From: an uncultured Prevotellaceae bacterium
Lineage (GTDB): Bacteria > Bacteroidota > Bacteroidia > Bacteroidales > Muribaculaceae
Direction of reading: 5' to 3'
DNA: 64,000 bases
Assembly (NCBI GenBank): GCA_900318345.1
Contig: ONKD01000022.1
Span: 2,189-66,188 of the forward strand
Both the position numbers and the translations under genes were made by a program. The first letter of the stretch is position 1. Each line of letters starts with the position of its first letter. The notes below the pieces were generated by a model. That model saw nothing but the letters and a program-made list of their open reading frames with translations. It was not told where the DNA came from and made no database searches. Below, in pieces: positions 1 to 6,930 of this stretch.

Positions 1-122
1 TCATTATTCGTGATATAACCAAAAAAATGTTGTTTATCTTTGGTGCAGATGGTAATAAAATATAATCCGCCATTATAATCATGCCATCGGTAACGTGCAT
101 GTTTGCGTTTAGGATATTCCAT
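1..122 (-). CDS. IS200/IS605-type Y1 (HUH) transposase-like protein, RAYT-like; N-terminal fragment, gene runs off the left edge
   Basis: Minus-strand ATG at 122-120. Translation MEYPKRKHARYRWHDYNGGLYFITICTKDKQHFFGYITNN... The pattern KRK-x-R-x3-DY-x3-G-x-YFIT-x-CT-x6-FG is the conserved N-terminus I associate with PF01797-type REP-associated tyrosine transposases. The HUH and Tyr motifs would lie outside the window. Absent from the ORF track because it is truncated. Confidence 0.5.
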   Translation of the reverse strand, partial: MEYPKRKHARYRWHDYNGGLYFITICTKDKQHFFGYITNN

Positions 123-198
123 CTTACATTCTTGATTTGGTGACGGCCACGCCAAGGCGAGGCCCTACATATAGCAGGATATCAACTGAAACAAGACC

Positions 199-819
199 TT
201 ACAAAGGGAGGTAAAGGATTTTTTTTGTTTTGAAAAATTCCTCCTTGAAATAACTGGAAAGCTCGTCGATGAGGACTTGGTTCTTGAATTTATGAATTTC
301 GCCCGTCAGGTCACCGCCCTTGAGGCAGAGCAGGCCATTGGGCACGGCATTCCGGTCCTCGCTATCAATGAAACGGCGCACCAGGGGCACCATCTCGCCC
401 AGGTCCATTACGGCTCGACTCACCACAAAGTCAAACTTGCCCTTCACCTCCTTGACATCACCATGCTGAAAGGTGACGTTTGTCAGCCCAATACGCTCAG
501 CGATGTCCTGTGCTACTTTCAGTTTTTTGCCGATGCGGTCAACCAGATGGAACGTCACATCAGGGTAATAGATAGCCAGTGGGATGCCAGGGAATCCCCC
601 ACCCGTTCCCAAGTCCATGACACGTGTGCCCGGGGTGAATTTCACAAATTTGACCAATCCCAGCGAGTGCAGGATGTGGTTCACTTCCAGGTTCTCGATA
701 TCCTTGCGTGAGATGACGTTGATCTTGGCGTTCCACTCGGGATACATCACCTCTAGCTGAGCCATCTGCTCACGCTGCTTCTCGGTCAATTCAGGAAAAT
801 ACTGCAGGATGTGTTCCAT
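199..819 (-). CDS. rsmG: 16S rRNA (guanine527-N7)-methyltransferase RsmG (GidB)
   Basis: Track ORF 199-927 trimmed to the ATG at 819 (MEHILQYFPELT...), 4 nt after the upstream gene's stop. SAM-binding motif DLGTGGGFPGIPLAI and overall RsmG layout. Confidence 0.9.
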   Translation of the reverse strand: MEHILQYFPELTEKQREQMAQLEVMYPEWNAKINVISRKDIENLEVNHILHSLGLVKFVKFTPGTRVMDLGTGGGFPGIPLAIYYPDVTFHLVDRIGKKLKVAQDIAERIGLTNVTFQHGDVKEVKGKFDFVVSRAVMDLGEMVPLVRRFIDSEDRNAVPNGLLCLKGGDLTGEIHKFKNQVLIDELSSYFKEEFFKTKKILYLPL

Positions 820-823
820 AGCG

Positions 824-1675
824 TCAATAGAGTCGTTCGATAATGCTGTTTTCACACAAGCTAGGCTCAAGGTCTTTATATGAAATCGTGATTTTGGGCT
901 CACCCACAGCCTCAACAGCCAGCTCATTGGGCAGGAAGCTCCACGTCACGCCCTTGTCATCAAAATAGAAGTTGCGCGACACGGAGATGTTCTCCACGTT
1001 GAAGTAGCCTAAGTCGTTCAGCTGCTCGTTGCCAGTGGCGTTGTTCTGGGCAAGGAGCTGCTGGCGTAGCAGTTGGCACACATCGGTGATGGCATCGTCA
1101 TCAAAGAGGCGATTCACATCAATATAGGTCTGAGTATCAACGTCAAAGCTATAATATCGATGGGTCACCGAGGCCACCTTGTCGTTTTTCTTCACGACAT
1201 CCACTCGCTCAAAGGTCACCACCCCATGTTTGTTGTAAATGGGCGTTATGCGCGTGCTTGTGGTATACTTTAGCGTGGTCAAGCCATCGGTCTCGTCAGT
1301 AACATCCTCCTCGATAGCGGCACCATCGATAAAGTCATACTGGTGCATGCTATTAACCACCACCTGGTTCATGGCCTCGTTCAGCGACAAGGTATCGCCC
1401 GACTCGAGGACATAGGCTGCAAACAGGCGTTGCAGTGAGTCGGCTGGTTGATTCTCGCCTATCGTCTTGGGGTAATCGATTGTCGCCTCGGCCACGATGG
1501 TGCAGAGCTCTCCATTAGACATCTTGAAGCTGGAATTGCTCTGTTGGTGGGTTTGAGCTGTGGTCACGGCGGGCTTGCCATCATCGACATAGTTGCTTCC
1601 TTTGCGACCGCAAGAAACTGATAACATCATGAAGGCTAGCAGTATAAATATCGAAACGATGTGAGTTCTTTTCAT
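824..1675 (-). CDS. putative lipoprotein (DUF3298/DUF4163-like; family call tentative)
   Basis: 283-aa ORF with ATG at 1675. Signal peptide and lipobox MKRTHIVSIFILLAFMMLSVSCG. The C-terminal half resembles RsiV/PdaC-type DUF3298 proteins. Confidence 0.75.
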   Translation of the reverse strand: MKRTHIVSIFILLAFMMLSVSCGRKGSNYVDDGKPAVTTAQTHQQSNSSFKMSNGELCTIVAEATIDYPKTIGENQPADSLQRLFAAYVLESGDTLSLNEAMNQVVVNSMHQYDFIDGAAIEEDVTDETDGLTTLKYTTSTRITPIYNKHGVVTFERVDVVKKNDKVASVTHRYYSFDVDTQTYIDVNRLFDDDAITDVCQLLRQQLLAQNNATGNEQLNDLGYFNVENISVSRNFYFDDKGVTWSFLPNELAVEAVGEPKITISYKDLEPSLCENSIIERLY

Positions 1676-1821
1676 GTCTCAGTGCTACTATTATGATTAA
1701 TTTTGCTAAGGTACGACTTTTTTAGATATAACCAAATTGCCAAATGGATTTTTTTACCGAACTTTGCAGAAATTATCATTGTGGATACGCAGAATATAGC
1801 GTTTCTAAAAAGAATTAAAAC

Positions 1822-2649
1822 ATGAAGATCGGAGAATACAACCTGCTACGCATCAACCGCACTGTTGATTTCGGTGCTTACCTCATCGACGATGACACAC
1901 ACGAGGTGCTGCTTCCCAAGCGATACCTCACACCCGAGATGAAGGTGGGCGACGAGATCAAGGTATTTGTCTATAACGACAGCGAGAACCGCCCTGTCGC
2001 CACCACCGAGGTTCCCTATGCCGTGGTGGGCGATTTCGCGCTCATGCGCGTTAAAGCGGTGAACAAGGTGGGAGCCTTCCTTGATTGGGGCCTCACCGCC
2101 AAGGACCTGCTAGTGCCATTCAGCGAGCAGCGCGTTGACATGCAGGCAGGGCGCAGCTACATCGTGCGCGTCTATCTCGACGAGGCCAGCCAGCGCATCG
2201 TTGCTAGCGCCAAGCTCGCCAAGTTCCTCAATCACTCCGAGCCCGATTATTACCACCGCGAGAAAGTCGATGTGCTGGTTGTGCAACGCAGCGACCTGGG
2301 ATACCGTGTCATTGTCAACAATGCCCATTGGGGCCAGATCTACCAGAATGAGACCTATCAGGACGTGAACATCGGCGACCGGTTCACGGCCTTCGTCAAG
2401 CAGGTGCGCGCCGACGGCAAGGTGGATGTCACCCTTGCCAAAATTGAGAAAATGCGTGTTGACGACCTTGCCGACCGCATCTTGCAATACTTGGAGGCTC
2501 ATGGCGGCGAGATGAAACTCACCGACAAGAGCTCTCCTGAGGACATCAACAATGCCTTCAAGTGCAGCAAGAAGGACTTCAAGAAATCGCTGGGCCTGCT
2601 CTATAAGCAGCAGAAAGTCACCCTCGGCGACACCGTGAAGCTAGCCTAA
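1822..2649 (+). CDS. S1-like RNA-binding domain protein, CvfB/YitL family
   Basis: 275 aa. N-terminus MKIGEYNLLRINRTVDFGAYL, repeated S1/OB-like segments and a C-terminal winged-helix-like tail, as typical of YitL/CvfB. Confidence 0.85.
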   Translation: MKIGEYNLLRINRTVDFGAYLIDDDTHEVLLPKRYLTPEMKVGDEIKVFVYNDSENRPVATTEVPYAVVGDFALMRVKAVNKVGAFLDWGLTAKDLLVPFSEQRVDMQAGRSYIVRVYLDEASQRIVASAKLAKFLNHSEPDYYHREKVDVLVVQRSDLGYRVIVNNAHWGQIYQNETYQDVNIGDRFTAFVKQVRADGKVDVTLAKIEKMRVDDLADRILQYLEAHGGEMKLTDKSSPEDINNAFKCSKKDFKKSLGLLYKQQKVTLGDTVKLA

Positions 2650-2914
2650 AACTGAATTTCAAATACTCATTAACCTTGCCGTGGCACTGCCACGACACAG
2701 GGAACCGTAGCAAAGCCACGGCCCACGGGACAAGGCGGGCGGTAGCGGCGGTGGCGACACCACCGCTTACAGGACGGAGTGGCGACAAGAATGGATGCGC
2801 GATGCCATCGCGCAAACACTTTCTTTTTTTTCAATCTTGCTTGCACAAGTATAAAAACGAAACCCTAAAGAGAAAAAATCAGTGGAAGTACTCATTTTTT
2901 GTAAAAAAACTGAG

Positions 2915-2922
2915 TAACTTTG
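2915..2922 (+). promoter_or_regulatory. Bacteroidetes sigma-A -7 box TAACTTTG (GH29 gene)
   Basis: Matches TAnnTTTG, 24 nt upstream of ATG 2947. Confidence 0.5.
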
Positions 2923-2946
2923 CAACATGACCAAACTAACAGTATT

Positions 2947-4410
2947 ATGAACAATCTTAGATTAATTATGACAATATCATTAGTGTCGATGCTTTCACTT
3001 GGCATCGCTGCCGATAACAGCAAGGCACCTGAGCCCATCGGGCCGCTGCCATCACCGCAGCAGGTAGAATGGCAAAAACTGGAGACTTATGCATTTATCC
3101 ACTTCGGGCCTAACACATTCAACGACAAGGAATGGGGTTATGGCGATGCTCCTGCCTCATCATTCAATCCCACTCGACTTGATTGCGAGCAGTGGGTGCG
3201 CACGCTTGTACAAGGCGGCATGAAAGGTGTGATCCTCACGTGCAAGCACCATGACGGCTTCTGCCTGTGGCCCACTAAATACACCGATTACAGCGTGGCC
3301 AATTCGCCCTTCAAGCGCGACGTGGTCAGGGAGTTGTCCGACGCCTGCAGGAAGTACGGCATCAAGTTTGGTGTGTATCTCTCACCATGGGACCGCCATC
3401 AGGCAAGCTATGGCACGCCCGAGTATGTCACCTATTACTATAACCAGCTAGAGGAACTGATGACCCAGTATGGTGACGTGTTTGAGGTCTGGTTTGACGG
3501 CGCTAACGGCGGCGACGGCTGGTATGGCGGCGCAAGCGAGAAACGCGAGATTGACCGCAGCACCTATTACAATTATCCCCGTGCTTGGGGCATTGTCAAC
3601 CGTTTGCAACCCAACGCGGTTATCTTCTCGGACGGCGGCCCTGGCTGTCGCTGGGTGGGCAACGAGAAAGGGTATGCTAACCCAACGAACTGGGCTTTCC
3701 TTCGCATCAAGGAGGTCTATCCCGGCTATCCACAATATGAGGAGTTGCAGTCGGGCCATGCCGACGGTGACGCCTGGTGTGCCAGCGAGTGCGACACGTC
3801 GATCAGGCCGGGCTGGTTCTATCACGAGAGCGAAGATGACAAGGTCAAGACCGTTGATGAACTTGTGAACCTGTATTACCGCAGCGTGGGCCACAATAGC
3901 ACATTCCTGCTCAATTTCCCCGTTAACCGCGAGGGTCTGATCCACCCCAACGACTCAACCACTATTGTCAAGTGGCGGGAACGCATCAATCAAGAACTGG
4001 GCAACAACTTGTTCGCTAAAGCGAAATTCAAAGCCAGCGACACAAGAAACAAAGCATTCAACGCATCCAAGATAGGCGACGGTAATTGGGAGACCTATTG
4101 GGCGCCTAGCGATGGCATGACAGCAGCCGACATCATCATCAAGACCAAAAAGGACGTGACACTCAATCGCATCATGCTTCAAGAGTATATCCCACTGGGG
4201 CAACGCGTTAAGGAATTTGTCATCGAGTACAAGACTTGCTGCGGCAAGTGGGTACCCGTGATTGTTGACGAGGAGACCACGACCATCGGCTACAAGCGTA
4301 TCGTGCGCTTCGCTGAGAAGACCGCTAAGGAGTGGCGCATCCGCATCCTCGATTCACGCGCTTGTCCGTGCATCAACAATATTGAGGGGTTTTATTCAGT
4401 GAACAATTAA
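2947..4410 (+). CDS. alpha-L-fucosidase (GH29) with C-terminal F5/8 type C (discoidin) domain
   Basis: GH29 motifs HFGPNTF, CKHHDGFCLWPT and GVYLSPWD, plus a discoidin-like C-terminus. Start moved from TTG 2920 to ATG 2947 (signal peptide MNNLRLIMTISLVSMLSLGIA) because a TAACTTTG -7 box occupies 2915-2922. Confidence 0.9.
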   Translation: MNNLRLIMTISLVSMLSLGIAADNSKAPEPIGPLPSPQQVEWQKLETYAFIHFGPNTFNDKEWGYGDAPASSFNPTRLDCEQWVRTLVQGGMKGVILTCKHHDGFCLWPTKYTDYSVANSPFKRDVVRELSDACRKYGIKFGVYLSPWDRHQASYGTPEYVTYYYNQLEELMTQYGDVFEVWFDGANGGDGWYGGASEKREIDRSTYYNYPRAWGIVNRLQPNAVIFSDGGPGCRWVGNEKGYANPTNWAFLRIKEVYPGYPQYEELQSGHADGDAWCASECDTSIRPGWFYHESEDDKVKTVDELVNLYYRSVGHNSTFLLNFPVNREGLIHPNDSTTIVKWRERINQELGNNLFAKAKFKASDTRNKAFNASKIGDGNWETYWAPSDGMTAADIIIKTKKDVTLNRIMLQEYIPLGQRVKEFVIEYKTCCGKWVPVIVDEETTTIGYKRIVRFAEKTAKEWRIRILDSRACPCINNIEGFYSVNN

Positions 4411-4416
4411 TAGAAT

Positions 4417-5268
4417 ATGGGAACTGCTAGTGATCGAGCGAGACGCATTGCAGAGGAAATCGGGCAAAGGACTGCTTGCGAGCACTACAGATTGGTGCTC
4501 AACGAGGAGCGTGAGCCCCTGATTACCGGCAGTAAAATCGGAGGTGTGCCTTATTGGCCCACAGGCAAGGATTATCCTGTTGACAGCAATGGCGACAAGA
4601 TGCTCATGCTCATGCAAATCAACTGCGAGGAAGCCTGCCTGAAGGCTCCGCTGCCTGATCATGGAATGTTACAATGGTTCATCAGTGTCAACCCTGAACT
4701 GATGTATGGATGTCGTGGTAACTATGATGACCAGGGTAATGGATTCCGCATCATCTACCATGAAGCCATTGACATGAATGTCACAGCAAGTGATGTTAGG
4801 GCGATGGAAGTGCCAAGCCATGACAGTGTTGAAGAGAGACTAACACCCGTTAAGCGTGAGGTGGCCATCGATACGGTGGTAGAACAGAGCGTGATGGGGG
4901 TGAATGATGGACATTTTAACCGCATCTTCTTTGACATCGTCAAGGAAATCACGGGTGTGGAACATACTGACAAGATGTGGTATGAGTATCTGGATAACGA
5001 CGATTGCCTGTATTTCGAGCAAAACATGGGCATGAAACGGCCCCGGCACCAGATGCTAGGCTATCCTGTTTTCTCGCAGGAAGACGCTCGCCGCGACATC
5101 AAGTTGCACGACACCCTGCTGTTCCAACTCGATTCACAATTCTCGAGCATTGACAGGGGGGAAGTGGTCATGTGGGGCGACATGGGCAGCGGCTATGTCT
5201 TTGTCAACCGCGATGACCTGGCGACCCTTGATTTCTCACTAGCCTATTACTGCTGGGACTGCGGCTGA
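4417..5268 (+). CDS. DUF1963 (YwqG family) domain protein
   Basis: Segments GGVPYWP, MLMLMQINCEE, LQWFI, MLGYPVFSQED, LLFQLDS and WGDMGSGYVFV match the DUF1963 pattern. Starts 6 nt after the GH29 stop. Confidence 0.8.
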   Translation: MGTASDRARRIAEEIGQRTACEHYRLVLNEEREPLITGSKIGGVPYWPTGKDYPVDSNGDKMLMLMQINCEEACLKAPLPDHGMLQWFISVNPELMYGCRGNYDDQGNGFRIIYHEAIDMNVTASDVRAMEVPSHDSVEERLTPVKREVAIDTVVEQSVMGVNDGHFNRIFFDIVKEITGVEHTDKMWYEYLDNDDCLYFEQNMGMKRPRHQMLGYPVFSQEDARRDIKLHDTLLFQLDSQFSSIDRGEVVMWGDMGSGYVFVNRDDLATLDFSLAYYCWDCG

Positions 5269-6854
5269 TGGTTGATGATTGATGTCAGGCGGGTATTGAA
5301 GTTGCGCGCAGCGGTCAGTTCCTCAATGCCGATGGGCAGACGTGACGATGAAGCCTTGGCCACCCGAGCGAGGTAATCACCATCGATGATGAGCCAGTCA
5401 CGCAGCGGAACAAGCACCATCTCTCCATCCTGATTCAAGCGTTGTTCAAGAAACCGCTGGTTAACCCACGGCTCCCTGAGAACCAAGGCCTTGACATTGC
5501 GGGGAGCCATGTCACATAGCAACATGACCTTTTTAGAGCCCGCATATTGGGCGGCATCAATCAGTTGCTGTCGCAACTGGAATTGCAAGTAGTACAGGAA
5601 TGCCACTTCACGATGGCGGGCCTTGAGGAATTTCTCGATCTGTTCTGGATTATAAGCCGAATAATTGCCCCAACCGGCACTGTCTGATGTGCCGTTGACC
5701 TGTTGCAGAATGGCCTGAGCCGCATAGGGGCGTAGCCATTCTCCGTTCTCGGCAACAAACTTGCGATAAGCAGCTGTGCGGACCACCGAAGCGCCGTTGT
5801 CAGAAAAGACGGTGCAGCCATAGTCCAATTTGAGGCGGCGCACGTCTCCCATATCGGCATTGTCAAGCCCGTTAAGTGCCATGCCTGCTTTTTGGTATTG
5901 CGCTTTCAGTTTTTTATCGGCAATGGCACCTAATGCGGCAAGATTGATGAGCACAGGGTCGATGGCGTTTTCCATCACCCGTTTGCGAGTGTCAACAGGC
6001 ATCCAGCCGTCAACTACCGAGCCATCAGCTAACGAATTGAGCGACACTGCATCTTGACCGGTGGTCGCAGCCCACTGAATCACTTTCTTGAGGTCACCCA
6101 AGTCACCACAACCCATGTCGTGATCGCTGCGCAGTGCAGCCACCTCAATCACAGTAGCCACGCGGGGACGGACGGCCTCGCTCCGCCTGAATTTCAATCC
6201 ATTCAGCAAGAGGACCTCATCGTCATGAGGCGGTTGTCGCATCCAGCGGTTGTCGCCACTCTCCCACTCCACGGCACCGCGTTTGCCAATGGTAATGAGT
6301 TTAAACTGACAAGGAAAATCAGCGAGGGGCACAACGAGTTCGGCACGCCAAATCGAATCGCCACAAGGCTGCATGGGCACAGCACGGCGCACGTTCCATG
6401 CCCCCAAAACAGCCGCTTCTCCCACGAGAGCGGGTTTATGGCCATCACGGGCCACAGGGAACTCAGCCTCGATGATCACATGTCCAGGCTTGACTGATGA
6501 TGCCGCAGTAGCAACTGTGCGCACTTGGGGGCCCGTCAATTGGGTGATAAAATCGTTGGATTGCAATGCACCAGTCTCATCGTCCCAGTAGTCATCTGCA
6601 AGATAGCGGTTCACGCTGTCCTGCAAATTCAGAATGTGACATTCACAACGTTCCATACGTGTGACCTCGCCACCTACTTTGACAAGATAGCGGTAACGCA
6701 ATTGGCGTGTGCTCTCACTCACGTTGTAGGATACCGTCCAGATGCCGCCTGCGTTGTAATTCATCTTCACGGCGCTGTAGCGGTCGTTACCCATCATGAG
6801 GTAGAGTTCCTCACCCCATCGGGTCTCGTATTCGATACTGAAAGTGATGGTCAT
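5247..6854 (-). CDS. CBM20 x2 / GH77 (4-alpha-glucanotransferase)-related protein apparently lacking the catalytic core
   Basis: Two N-terminal CBM20-like modules, a GH77 N-terminal segment (MGCGDLGDLKKVIQWA) and a GH77-like C-terminal tail (LVPLRDWLIIDG). Only 535 aa, and no DHxRG / EDLG / THDN-type catalytic motifs are visible. The 3' end overlaps the convergent DUF1963 gene by 22 nt. Confidence 0.7.
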   Translation of the reverse strand: MTITFSIEYETRWGEELYLMMGNDRYSAVKMNYNAGGIWTVSYNVSESTRQLRYRYLVKVGGEVTRMERCECHILNLQDSVNRYLADDYWDDETGALQSNDFITQLTGPQVRTVATAASSVKPGHVIIEAEFPVARDGHKPALVGEAAVLGAWNVRRAVPMQPCGDSIWRAELVVPLADFPCQFKLITIGKRGAVEWESGDNRWMRQPPHDDEVLLLNGLKFRRSEAVRPRVATVIEVAALRSDHDMGCGDLGDLKKVIQWAATTGQDAVSLNSLADGSVVDGWMPVDTRKRVMENAIDPVLINLAALGAIADKKLKAQYQKAGMALNGLDNADMGDVRRLKLDYGCTVFSDNGASVVRTAAYRKFVAENGEWLRPYAAQAILQQVNGTSDSAGWGNYSAYNPEQIEKFLKARHREVAFLYYLQFQLRQQLIDAAQYAGSKKVMLLCDMAPRNVKALVLREPWVNQRFLEQRLNQDGEMVLVPLRDWLIIDGDYLARVAKASSSRLPIGIEELTAARNFNTRLTSIINHQPQSQQ

Positions 6855-6930
6855 AGTCCCCTTTTTTTGAAAGATGTGTTCTATCTACACTAGACAGAAC
6901 ACACCATGATTCAACTTATTTTGCCACTTA

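Noticed and set aside
199-927. 5'-extended track ORFs: rsmG from 927, GH29 from 2920, OmpA from 10548, dxs from 35311, GNAT from 50927, lipoprotein from 45797, and others.
   Set aside because: The extensions start at TTG/GTG or upstream ATG codons, overlap neighbouring genes or promoter boxes, and precede canonical family N-termini or signal peptides. They were trimmed to the downstream ATG.
2618-2930. Track ORFs 2676-2930 (plus strand, 84 aa) and 2618-2815 (minus strand, 65 aa), and ORF 17124-17309 (61 aa)
   Set aside because: They have Arg/Ala/Gly/His-rich low-complexity translations, no start context and no homology features, and they lie in hairpin-rich non-coding DNA.
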